Part shown: positions 21,159 through 30,341 of the stretch, one piece after another | Numbering within the stretch: position 1 is the first letter of the stretch | Layout of the letters: every line of letters starts with the position of its first letter | DNA from: Nitrosopumilaceae archaeon | Lineage (GTDB): Archaea > Thermoproteota > Nitrososphaeria > Nitrososphaerales > Nitrosopumilaceae | Direction: 5' to 3' | Assembly (NCBI GenBank): GCA_965208905.1 | Contig: OZ242365.1 | Coordinates: forward strand, 352,001-416,000 | Length of the DNA: 64,000 nucleotides | The notes under the pieces: generated by a model | Seen by the model: only the letters and a program-made list of their open reading frames with translations | What the model was told of the DNA's origin: nothing | Databases searched by the model: none | Made by a program: the position numbers and the translations under genes

Positions 21159-21692
21159 TTAAGTCGCTTTTGTCAGTTTTGCAGAGTTATCTGCAATATC
21201 TAGTGTATACATGTTGTTTGGTAAGTTGGTATGACCGCCAGGAATCTTCCAGCTGTCCGTGGTCTTTTTTGTTATGGCAGCAATTATTACTCGAGTATTG
21301 ACATTAACTCCTAATGATGACATCAGCATTATGGAATGAAGTGTCAGACGCTTATGTCCAAAGGATGTCATCATTCCGTTTAGTGAATCTATTATAATCA
21401 TATACTCATGTGCAGATGTTGTTTGTATTATACTTGTGATCTCTGCTCGCCAATCTGATAAATTGGGACGACGCACCAGTACATTGACGGGGAGGTCAAA
21501 TATGCCTGAATTAACATAACCACTATACAACATATCAAAATCCAGATATATTACGCCATGATTGGTATGATGTACTAACTTCTCTAAAAAAACACATTTC
21601 AAGAGAGGGTTTGAACATAATATAATATCGGGACCCGTTGTTTTTTGGGATAAAAATTTGTCCAGTATCTGTTTTATGTTGTGCAGCTGCAT
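21159..21692 (-). CDS. Hypothetical protein, degenerate RecA-like fold
   Basis: IYLDFD and IIIDSLNG motifs, no Walker A. Confidence 0.65.
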   Translation of the reverse strand: MQLHNIKQILDKFLSQKTTGPDIILCSNPLLKCVFLEKLVHHTNHGVIYLDFDMLYSGYVNSGIFDLPVNVLVRRPNLSDWRAEITSIIQTTSAHEYMIIIDSLNGMMTSFGHKRLTLHSIMLMSSLGVNVNTRVIIAAITKKTTDSWKIPGGHTNLPNNMYTLDIADNSAKLTKAT

Positions 21693-21823
21693 CTATTATT
21701 GTGTCATATATTGTCAAATAAACCTGCTGTGATTTAGAATTTTTTCTCTTATAATATTTGGTGAACGAACCTTGTATAGAATTAGCCATAATTTATAATG
21801 AAAACATGCCACTAATCAGATAC

Positions 21824-22972
21824 ATGTCAAGACAAGATATAGAGTCGGATTATTATGAAGAGTTTCCCGGTGAAGGCCGCATATACCTGAACAATGCCTC
21901 GATATCCCGAATGCCAACCTCAACAATTACAGCCATGTCTGATTTTATTACAGAATATAATAGTGTCGGACCGGACTCAGCGACGGGCAGACAGATGGTA
22001 CTAGATCTGGGGCGCCAGATACGACGCATCATCTCTAATATGATACACTGCCAACCCGATGAGATAGTATTGACACAGAGCATAACAGATGGCGTAAATA
22101 TCATATCCAATGGACTTGATGTAAAACTACACAATAATGTGGTAATACGTGATGTGACACACGAGCACCACGCCAACTCATTTCCCTGGCTCAATCTACA
22201 GGCAGAGCACAGAATACTCAAAGTTGATCAAAACGGACTGTTTGATATCAGAGATATAGAGTCGTATATTGATAATAATACTGTTGTAGTAGCCTTGACC
22301 CATGCGCTATACAATACGGGCGCCATCCTACCATTAGAGCAGGTGGGCCGCATGACAAAAGGGACTAGTCACTTTTTTGTAGACGCTGCGCAGACTATGG
22401 GAAATTTTGGTAGTTATGATTTCTCAAGACTGTACTGTGATTCTATGGCGTTTAATGGTTCAAAGTGGCTCTGCGGCCCCATGGGAACAGGACTCCTCTA
22501 TTGTAGCAGGAAGGCCGCATCGCAACTGCGTCCTGTTGCCATTGGTGGGGAGTCTGCCATGCTCTATGATAACACAAAGATAGCATTCAAAGATATGCCT
22601 GATAAGTTTGAAGCTGGATACCGCAACTATGCAGGTCTAGCAGGCCTTGCGGCCTCTTTAGAATACATCACAGGCATAGGGCTTGACACAATACAATACA
22701 AGAACAACAAGTTGAGTCAGGCGTTTAGAGAGAGTATATCTGATATGTCCGGCGTTACCATATACGGACCAGAGGATGAGCACATTGGCATTGTGTCGTT
22801 TCGTATTGATAATCAAAAGTCATCAGATGTGGTAAAGATGTTGGACGAACGGGGTGTGGTTGTAGCTCAGCGAGAGATCGGCGACCTGGACATAGTACGA
22901 GTATCACCACATTTTTACAACACATATAACGAGATCGATGCGACTGTAGATATAATTAAAGAGTGTTTATGA
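21824..22972 (+). CDS. Aminotransferase class V PLP enzyme
   Basis: YLNNAS, EHHAN, DAAQ, GSKWLCGP, RVSPHFYN. Confidence 0.88.
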   Translation: MSRQDIESDYYEEFPGEGRIYLNNASISRMPTSTITAMSDFITEYNSVGPDSATGRQMVLDLGRQIRRIISNMIHCQPDEIVLTQSITDGVNIISNGLDVKLHNNVVIRDVTHEHHANSFPWLNLQAEHRILKVDQNGLFDIRDIESYIDNNTVVVALTHALYNTGAILPLEQVGRMTKGTSHFFVDAAQTMGNFGSYDFSRLYCDSMAFNGSKWLCGPMGTGLLYCSRKAASQLRPVAIGGESAMLYDNTKIAFKDMPDKFEAGYRNYAGLAGLAASLEYITGIGLDTIQYKNNKLSQAFRESISDMSGVTIYGPEDEHIGIVSFRIDNQKSSDVVKMLDERGVVVAQREIGDLDIVRVSPHFYNTYNEIDATVDIIKECL

Positions 22973-23227
22973 TGTTTCTTGTTCTTCTATAACCATCATG
23001 GTTAATGTTGATTGAACTTTTGTTATCTTGCGTATCTTGTTGGTAATTACAAATCGTAGATTCTCTGTCTTTTGAGCAGTTAACTTTAAGACGATATCAT
23101 AGACACCATAGACACCCTGCAGTTCAAAATCTATATCTGACTCTTCAGCTAAAACTCTCTTTATGTCTGTGATAACTGATGCGTCAGAGCCCAGATCAGA
23201 ATTCAATAATACATACGCCGTTGGCAC
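22967..23227 (-). CDS. Lrp/AsnC ligand-binding domain protein
   Basis: GVYGVYDIVLK...KIRK...TLTM. Confidence 0.88.
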   Translation of the reverse strand: MPTAYVLLNSDLGSDASVITDIKRVLAEESDIDFELQGVYGVYDIVLKLTAQKTENLRFVITNKIRKITKVQSTLTMMVIEEQETS

Positions 23228-23308
23228 AATGTAACTACTGATAGTTGATATTTAACTTTTAAGGATTCAAAACAGCAGCGTTAAATGTGCAACTACACTA
23301 TGTAGTGT

Positions 23309-23953
23309 ATGTTATTGGATTTGACATTGGAGATGTCCGATACACTGCCTGTGTTCCCAGGCTCGCCATCAATGCACACGATACCATGGAGCACCATAAA
23401 AGGGGAGGGATACAACTCTGAGATGTTGTTTCTAAGTTCACATTTGGGAACTCATATGGACGCACCATATCACTTTAGACAAGATGGTCTACGCATACAC
23501 CAAATCCCCCTGAATGTATTGGTTGGTAGAGCCACACTGCTTCATATACATAAAGATGCCAACGGGTATATTCAAAGAGACGATATTATACGGTGGCAGA
23601 AGGAAAACTGTACAATTCCGCACGGCTCGCCGGTAATATTTCGGACCGGGTGGCAGACGCACATCAATGATGACAATTACTTTTCTGAGAATCCAGGTCT
23701 TTCAAAGGACGCGGCCGAATATTTGGCATCCATATCAGTCTCACTGGTGGGGATGGACTCGCCTAGCATTGATGCTGGATTGGATGCTACATTTCCTGCG
23801 CACCACATATTGGCTCGTGCAGGTACGATAAATGTGGAAAATCTTGCCCATCTCGACAAGATACCAGGTATGCAATTTAACTATATTATTTTGCCCCTCA
23901 AAATATTAGACAGTACAGCTTCGCCAGTTCGAGCAGTAGCAGTCTTAGAATAA
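23309..23953 (+). CDS. Cyclase / kynurenine formamidase-family metallohydrolase
   Basis: HLGTHMDAPYH, GMDSPS, ENL, SPVRA. Confidence 0.9.
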   Translation: MLLDLTLEMSDTLPVFPGSPSMHTIPWSTIKGEGYNSEMLFLSSHLGTHMDAPYHFRQDGLRIHQIPLNVLVGRATLLHIHKDANGYIQRDDIIRWQKENCTIPHGSPVIFRTGWQTHINDDNYFSENPGLSKDAAEYLASISVSLVGMDSPSIDAGLDATFPAHHILARAGTINVENLAHLDKIPGMQFNYIILPLKILDSTASPVRAVAVLE

Positions 23954-23985
23954 TTTTAAAAGGATTATTGCTTGTGTGTATATGC

Positions 23986-24486
23986 ATGAGTCGGCCTGGA
24001 AATCTATGGAGAAGCATACATGGACGTGTCACACGCCGACCCACCAACTTCTCTTGGGTCTTACCAGACATATTGGCGGGATCAGGGTTTCCCACCTCAG
24101 AGAATGAGTTTGAGTGGTTGTTAAGTCAGGGAGTAGAATGTGTGGTTACAATGACCGAGGAACCACTACCAAAATCATGGACTAATAATGTACAATACAA
24201 ACACACTCCCACGCCAGACATGACGGCTCCCACGCCAGAAGAGATAGATGAGACTGTAGATTTTATACATCAGAATATAATAGCAAAGAGGCCGGTCATG
24301 GTGCACTGCGCAGCGGGTCTGGGACGGGCGGGAACCATTCTAGCATGCTATCTGATAAAATACAAGGATTATGATGCGCAGCAGGCCATCGACACCATAC
24401 GAAGAGAGAGGCACGGCTCCATACAGTCAGAGGTACAGGAGATTGCCATCTCTATGTATAAAAAACACACACTTCAGGACACTTGA
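23986..24486 (+). CDS. Dual-specificity protein phosphatase
   Basis: VHCAAGLGRAG P-loop. Confidence 0.9.
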   Translation: MSRPGNLWRSIHGRVTRRPTNFSWVLPDILAGSGFPTSENEFEWLLSQGVECVVTMTEEPLPKSWTNNVQYKHTPTPDMTAPTPEEIDETVDFIHQNIIAKRPVMVHCAAGLGRAGTILACYLIKYKDYDAQQAIDTIRRERHGSIQSEVQEIAISMYKKHTLQDT

Positions 24487-24614
24487 GATTGTAGTCTTCC
24501 ATCCTGTATACTGATTATAACTCGCCGGCCCTCTTGAAACTGCAATATTATCTGGTCGTTCTCCTCTTGTACGCCCACTAGTTCGGTCATCTTGAGTTTT
24601 TCATAGTCAGCCAT
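24474..24614 (-). CDS. 46-aa hypothetical microprotein (not in ORF track)
   Basis: Hand translation MADYEKLKMTELVGVQEENDQIILQFQEGRRVIISIQDGRLQSQVS; resembles the upstream microprotein. Confidence 0.55.
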   Translation of the reverse strand: MADYEKLKMTELVGVQEENDQIILQFQEGRRVIISIQDGRLQSQVS

Positions 24615-24619
24615 CTCAA

Positions 24620-24772
24620 TCACTCGGGTATCGATATGGTCTGTATCTTGCCATCTTCAGCCTTTACAAACAAAAACCGATTATCTTTAAAGATGAAGGT
24701 GATTCCTCCTTCCTTGTCTGGTTCTTCCACTTCTAGGAGAGGTTGTCCTAGTAGACCATCATACTTTGCCAT
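24620..24772 (-). CDS. 50-aa hypothetical microprotein (not in ORF track)
   Basis: Hand translation MAKYDGLLGQPLLEVEEPDKEGGITFIFKDNRFLFVKAEDGKIQTISIPE. Confidence 0.65.
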   Translation of the reverse strand: MAKYDGLLGQPLLEVEEPDKEGGITFIFKDNRFLFVKAEDGKIQTISIPE

Positions 24773-24971
24773 ACAATCTACACTTGAGCGACTTTTTTAT
24801 ATCTTAGGTTCCTCTGATCAATATACAGTGTGCCACCTGCACTATCCAAAAGGGGTATTAGTCATTATGATGATACGGCATTATTCCGGCTGTCCTCCCC
24901 GTATTGTACACTCCAATATCTGAGCACTACGCATGCGTTTTATCTCTAGTGTATAACTACATCTTAGTCTA

Positions 24972-26456
24972 TGAGCTGGTAACTAAACGTCGCGTAGGTT
25001 ACCGGCCTGCCGTGCGGCAGATGTTGGTGGCGAACCACCATCCAGAGGAGTTACATTGAGACGTTCTTTGTTGGCTGGACTTTGACGCCCGACCTTTGGA
25101 CATCCTGTACCGGCCATCACGTCGTTAACACTTGGAGGAGGCATGCAAGTGCCAAGATGTATCTTCCCTCTCAAGACCATTCCGGCCTTGTCTTGCAGCG
25201 CGTAAACGGCTTGCGCACGCTTAGACCACTGCACTGTGTAAAAAGTGAATAATATGTTGAATGCCGCGTTGACATCCGCGTGCATCAGAACACCGCAATC
25301 ATAACACCGAAACTGGCTGCTTTTGCGCCATGTGTTTGTGTTGCCGCATACACAGCACTGTTGTGAGGTGCCTTTCTGGTCTATCTCGACATACTCTGTA
25401 TTATACTTGAGTGATTGTTGCGCAAGCAAGTTCCGCGCCTCACCACACTTGCTTTGTCGCATCAATTTATTCTTGGCTTTCTGACCCTTCCCTTTTGTGG
25501 TCATGGTTCTGAGGTTCATGCCCTCCATGATGATTTTATCGCACTGCAGCATCAGTTTTTTGGAGAACTTGCGCAGATCATCCATCTGTTTATTTCCCAT
25601 CTTCTTGTAGACCGATTGCAGCTGCGCATGCAAGTTGCGCCACTTGTGAGAATGAAGCTTGCACCGCGCCATCTTCTTTTGTGTTCGCGCGATGTTCCGC
25701 ATGGTATCTTTTTCACGAAGTGTCAGCATCGCAATACCCCCATCCGACTTTCCAACTATAAGCGTGTGCTTGCCGCCCATGTCAATACCCGCGTGTATGC
25801 CGGTACATACACGGTCCGGGACGTGCTCACGAATAGTTACGTGCAACTCGAACTGCCTCTCTTTATCATCGTGATTTGTAACATCCACAATCTTGTAGGA
25901 CTGTGAGGATTTTGGAAGCGTGTCCTTTTGCAGTTTGAAGGGTTTGTCGCACTTTGGGAAGTATACAGTATTACCCTTGGACTTTTTGCCCAATGGAACC
26001 GCGCTGTATAGTGGATATATCTTACGCCCGTACTTTACATGTGCACAACCCTCCATCTTATAGCCTTCTTGTATTGCGCCACGAACCCAAGCTTGGGGGA
26101 TTGTCTGGCATATGGTGGCTACTTTATTGGTATCAAATACCGACAGGCCGGCCCGACGCGCCTCAATTCCGGCATTGAGCCACATGTGCGATTCAGAATA
26201 CATGGAGTCAAAGTATTGTGTTAGTTTGGTTGATGTCTTTAAACGGTACTGCAGAGTCCTAATGATGTACTTTTCATCTTTGTACTTCATATATTACACA
26301 TGATTCGGTGATATTTAAGCGGTGTTCCTATCCAAAGGTTGTACAAAGTCCAGCCAACAAAGAACGTCTCAATGTAACTCCTCTGAATGGCGGTTTGCCG
26401 CCAACATCTGCCATACGGCAGGCCGGTAACCTACGCGACGTTTAGTTACCAGCCCA
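24972..26456 (-). mobile_element. Non-autonomous TIR element carrying tnpB (element B1, 113-bp TIRs)
   Basis: TIR 24972-25084 vs 26344-26456, 106/113 identical, starting TG(A/G)GCTGGTAACTAAA. Perfect 8-bp TSD TTAGTCTA at 24964-24971 and 26457-26464. Confidence 0.93.
24983..26290 (-). CDS. tnpB: TnpB RNA-guided endonuclease (subfamily B)
   Basis: GIDMG, IMEGMNL, TSQQCCVCG...CYDC, HADVNAAFNI. Confidence 0.9.
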   Translation of the reverse strand: MKYKDEKYIIRTLQYRLKTSTKLTQYFDSMYSESHMWLNAGIEARRAGLSVFDTNKVATICQTIPQAWVRGAIQEGYKMEGCAHVKYGRKIYPLYSAVPLGKKSKGNTVYFPKCDKPFKLQKDTLPKSSQSYKIVDVTNHDDKERQFELHVTIREHVPDRVCTGIHAGIDMGGKHTLIVGKSDGGIAMLTLREKDTMRNIARTQKKMARCKLHSHKWRNLHAQLQSVYKKMGNKQMDDLRKFSKKLMLQCDKIIMEGMNLRTMTTKGKGQKAKNKLMRQSKCGEARNLLAQQSLKYNTEYVEIDQKGTSQQCCVCGNTNTWRKSSQFRCYDCGVLMHADVNAAFNILFTFYTVQWSKRAQAVYALQDKAGMVLRGKIHLGTCMPPPSVNDVMAGTGCPKVGRQSPANKERLNVTPLDGGSPPTSAARQAGNLRDV

Positions 26457-26987
26457 TTAGTCTACCTGTATATCTACAGGTAGAATATCACCATGTACAT
26501 CGTTCTTGTCTAAGAAATGATGTTTCTGCCATGACACTTGCACGTTGCCTCTTACTTTGTGTGTACCCTTACCCAGCTCTGATGCTTTGATGGTATAGTC
26601 CTCCTCAAAGTCGAACAGCTCTTGGCGTACATCTTCTTCAGTCAGTTTTATGATGGGCGTAAAATTCTTTGCAACCTGCACCCAGACCCGCTTCTCCTTC
26701 ATGGGATTTACTAGTTTTGGGTTTCTGGTCCAAAATATTGCTGCCTTCTTGTATGATATGATGGGTTTGCCCAGTTTTTGGCGCCTCAACCCTGTAGAGG
26801 TTATATGAACCTCATACTTCATCTTGACGGATACATCGTTGGCATTGTACGCCTCAGTCCAGTTCTGTTCGGTGAATGACTCCCGGTTCTTGCCTTGTAC
26901 AGAAAACTTTACCAGCAAATGTATTGTGTCATCAAGTGAATATGACGACTTTGATGGTATAACCTCTATCTTATCAATTCGATCCAT
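26457..26987 (-). CDS. Hypothetical protein
   Basis: 176-aa ORF; its stop codon lies within the TSD of element B1. Confidence 0.75.
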   Translation of the reverse strand: MDRIDKIEVIPSKSSYSLDDTIHLLVKFSVQGKNRESFTEQNWTEAYNANDVSVKMKYEVHITSTGLRRQKLGKPIISYKKAAIFWTRNPKLVNPMKEKRVWVQVAKNFTPIIKLTEEDVRQELFDFEEDYTIKASELGKGTHKVRGNVQVSWQKHHFLDKNDVHGDILPVDIQVD

Positions 26988-27030
26988 GCTCGGTTGATTT
27001 ATATCCGTAATATGTTCTTTTTTTAATTAT

Positions 27031-27306
27031 ATGAAGGTCGAAGCTATCAGCTCCACCGCCAACGAGGTAGGATTATCATTTACAGATGTGGATATCGCGA
27101 CACTATACATAATACAACACGAACTCCAAAAGAACCCAGATGTGGAGTTTGTGGGAGTTATTCTCAAACATCCCCTCACAAACGAGTGCTGGATGCGGGT
27201 GACCTCAAAATCAGACCCCAAACAAAACATACGCGATGCAGTAGATGCAGCCATCATCTCCGCCAACGAAATGAAAGATATAATGGCCATGGATGTTTTG
27301 GTTTGA
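27031..27306 (+). CDS. rpoL: RNA polymerase subunit Rpo11/L
   Basis: VEFVGVILKHPL; upstream of TFS. Confidence 0.82.
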   Translation: MKVEAISSTANEVGLSFTDVDIATLYIIQHELQKNPDVEFVGVILKHPLTNECWMRVTSKSDPKQNIRDAVDAAIISANEMKDIMAMDVLV

Positions 27307-27307
27307 G

Positions 27308-27613
27308 ATGAAGTTTTGTCCCAGTTGCAATACACGTCTTCGAAAGATGGATGGTGTCCTAATATGCTCAAAGTGCGACCATAAGGAAGACGGCTCAAGC
27401 GTCACATCTCAACATACAGATGTGGTTCCCGAATTGGATGTTCTAACCGAGGAGGATGGTAAAGATATGCTGCCAACCACAAAGATAGACTGTGACAGAT
27501 GTGGTCATGATGAGGCAGTATGGTGGATGCTACAGACTCGTAGTGCAGATGAGCCCACAACACAGTTTTACAGATGTGTCAAATGCGGCCACACTTGGCG
27601 TGACTACTCTTAA
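27308..27613 (+). CDS. tfs: Transcription factor S
   Basis: MKFCPSC...CSKC, QTRSADEP, CVKC. Confidence 0.92.
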   Translation: MKFCPSCNTRLRKMDGVLICSKCDHKEDGSSVTSQHTDVVPELDVLTEEDGKDMLPTTKIDCDRCGHDEAVWWMLQTRSADEPTTQFYRCVKCGHTWRDYS

Positions 27614-29031
27614 AGATCTGTTAAATGAAACTCGGCGTGTAAGGCTTGTACGACGGTCTTTACATCAGAGTTTTTTATCACAAAGGAGAGATTAATCTCT
27701 GAGGAGCCCTGCGTTATCATTATTACGTTTACATCTTTGTTGCTTACAGTATTGAATACTCGAGATGCTGTTCCAACGGTTCCACGCAGTCCCAAACCTA
27801 TCAGGGATACGACGGCTACATTGGTGGTGACATTAAGGTTTTTGATCTTTTTGCCCAAGTGTTCCATCTCTAAAACATTTACGGCCTTATGCAAGTCCTG
27901 ATTCTTCAATACAATACTGATACTGGACTCTGACGGGTTCTGCGATATCATCATTACGCTGATACCTGGTGCGGCCAGTGTACCAAATATTGCAGCTGCC
28001 GTACCCGGAGAGGCCGCCATTCCAAATCCCTGCATGTCGATAAGGCCGCTATCCCTTATCATACTGACACATTTTATTGTGTTATCAACTATATGAGAGG
28101 GCACAATGAGTGTTCCAGAATTTTTAGTGTTGGTGGCGCTGCGTATGCGCAGAGGTATCCCTCTGTCTAAGACAGGCTCAAAGGTACGTGGGTGTATCTC
28201 CCTTTCGCCAAACATCGACATTTCACGAGCTTCAGAGTATGATATCTTTTGTAATGTTTGTGCCTCAGGTACGATATATGGATCGGCAGTCATCATGCCA
28301 TCCATCTCACCCATAAGCCATACTTGATCAGCATCAATACATGCAGCGATTATGGTGGCCGTATAGTCAGAGCCGCCTCTCCCAAATGTTGTAATGCGGC
28401 CATGCTGGTCGGCAGCAGTATATCCCCCCAACACAGGAACCACGCCTTTATCGATGTGTTCATTTAGATTCTTTGATACCCGTAGTTTGGTGGTATCCAT
28501 TAATGGTTTGGACTTGCCAAATCTTGAATCAGTGAGTATGCCGGCCTCCTTACCACTGAGAGGTACTGTATCCACACCCATAGATTGTAGTGCCGAGGCC
28601 ATCAAGAGTGTGGAGAACCGCTCACCAAAAGAGACCAGATAGTCTCGTGAGCGGGGGGTCTCTTCAGATAACAGTATGAGGCCATCCACCAATACTTGTA
28701 GTTCATCAAATGTTTGGTCTAGTGATTCATCAAGGTTTTGTGATATCGTATGATCAGTTATTATGGTATCTTTTAGATTGTCAGATGTTGTTCTGTGATA
28801 GTCTATTATATCATGGAGTATTTTGATTATCTCTTGCCGCTCGCCAGTCTCCATACTAGAAGACAGTTTTAGTAGATGGTTGGTGGTCTCTCCCATAGCA
28901 GAGCAGACTACCACTAGTTTGTAGTGGTGCGATATCTCAGATAGATATTTTGTGATCTTTGCAATGTCATCTGCTCCAGAGATGGTAGAACCGCCGTACT
29001 TTATTACCAGTCTTGGTCTATCAGAAGGCAT
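27610..29031 (-). CDS. lysC: Aspartate kinase
   Basis: KYGGS, SFGE, TTFGRGGSDYTA, two ACT domains, QGSSEINLS. Confidence 0.93.
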   Translation of the reverse strand: MPSDRPRLVIKYGGSTISGADDIAKITKYLSEISHHYKLVVVCSAMGETTNHLLKLSSSMETGERQEIIKILHDIIDYHRTTSDNLKDTIITDHTISQNLDESLDQTFDELQVLVDGLILLSEETPRSRDYLVSFGERFSTLLMASALQSMGVDTVPLSGKEAGILTDSRFGKSKPLMDTTKLRVSKNLNEHIDKGVVPVLGGYTAADQHGRITTFGRGGSDYTATIIAACIDADQVWLMGEMDGMMTADPYIVPEAQTLQKISYSEAREMSMFGEREIHPRTFEPVLDRGIPLRIRSATNTKNSGTLIVPSHIVDNTIKCVSMIRDSGLIDMQGFGMAASPGTAAAIFGTLAAPGISVMMISQNPSESSISIVLKNQDLHKAVNVLEMEHLGKKIKNLNVTTNVAVVSLIGLGLRGTVGTASRVFNTVSNKDVNVIMITQGSSEINLSFVIKNSDVKTVVQALHAEFHLTDL

Positions 29032-29792
29032 CAGGACTCTGTACGGGGAGCCATGTAAAAGTGAATATGACCCATGTTGGATATGTCAAATCCCACTCGG
29101 AGGGGTTTCTTGTTGGAGAACTCACATGTTATTATACTTGAAGCACCGCCCACGGCCTTTACCACGGGGGTCAGATATTCGAGGCTATAAGTACCCTCAC
29201 TCTGTTGTTCCGCCGATATGGTAACAGAGTTCTCTGTATCTTGTGGTACATCTATACTGGCCTCACCAGAGTCACCCTTACCTGAAAAGGTGGCATTGTT
29301 GTTGTCTATCTGTATAGTCACATAGTCGGTCACGACGCTGACATCTCCTAGTATTTTGTCTAGTGTTGCTGGTGGCATTGTTATCTTTGCATCAAATGTT
29401 AATTTTGGTAGAGGCGCTTCAGTAGCCAAGCTCTCTACTAGTCTCATCTTGTAACGTTTACTGGTACCCATATACAATTGTAGAAAGTTGTCATCGGTTA
29501 ATGTAATTTTGACATCATCACTCTTTGATGCTCGGCGAATCAGTTTTGCAAGCTCGTCTATACGTACACCAAACCTTATCTCCGAGTCACAGATATAGGA
29601 GGCAAATGCCGCGTTCGGCCAATACACATCTATCAATGCTATATGTGAGGGGTCCATTCCCTTGAAGGATATCCCTTCGGTGGTGGCCTCAAAGGTCGCC
29701 TCCTCGACAAGTGTGGCAATGGCGCCAACCACAGCCTTTAGATCATTAGGCCCGCTGGTCTTTGCCTCAAAAGTCAATAAATCTACTATCAA
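29031..29792 (-). CDS. pcn: DNA polymerase sliding clamp PCNA
   Basis: MDPSHIAL, YSLEYL, FYMAPR. Confidence 0.93.
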   Translation of the reverse strand: MIVDLLTFEAKTSGPNDLKAVVGAIATLVEEATFEATTEGISFKGMDPSHIALIDVYWPNAAFASYICDSEIRFGVRIDELAKLIRRASKSDDVKITLTDDNFLQLYMGTSKRYKMRLVESLATEAPLPKLTFDAKITMPPATLDKILGDVSVVTDYVTIQIDNNNATFSGKGDSGEASIDVPQDTENSVTISAEQQSEGTYSLEYLTPVVKAVGGASSIITCEFSNKKPLRVGFDISNMGHIHFYMAPRTES

Positions 29793-30005
29793 ATACTCTA
29801 TTTTTAAGTCTTATAGGATATGTTGGATCTCTTACACAAATCTGAGTGATACTACATCTTTTTGCACAAGTACGCCGGAGCAGTGCACCCCAGCGGCCCG
29901 TAATAGAACCACACCGTACCAGACTCTTTTATTTGGAACGGCGCCGCGCGACCACCTCATGACTCAATGAAAACAAAGTATGTGGCCGTATCTGGGGCCA
30001 TATGA

Positions 30006-30179
30006 CTAGCCGTGCCGCTTGTCCAGCTGCTCTATGACAGTCCCTATCAACTGGGAGTTCGCCTGTATGGCCGCCGCATTCGCCTCTATCTTTGCCGCAT
30101 TTGACTCCAGACGCTCAAGTGCCTTAGCTAGGTTCTGGTTTGTGCGCCGTAACTCCTGTATGAGTGTTTGCTCGTCCAT
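30006..30179 (-). CDS. Small coiled-coil hypothetical protein
   Basis: Heptad pattern LESNAAKIEANAAAIQANSQLI; TATA-like sequence upstream. Confidence 0.55.
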   Translation of the reverse strand: MDEQTLIQELRRTNQNLAKALERLESNAAKIEANAAAIQANSQLIGTVIEQLDKRHG

Positions 30180-30341
30180 GCTACCTAAACATAAGTCAGA
30201 CGATATATTAATCATAACGCCTCGCGGTTCATAGTAGAATACGGTGTGTTTTCTGAGGATGCCAGGGCATCCGGCACCCGCGATTAGGATGGAAATTCTA
30301 AAAGCCTAAACAATTTATAATAGTTTATTGGTATTCAAGCA

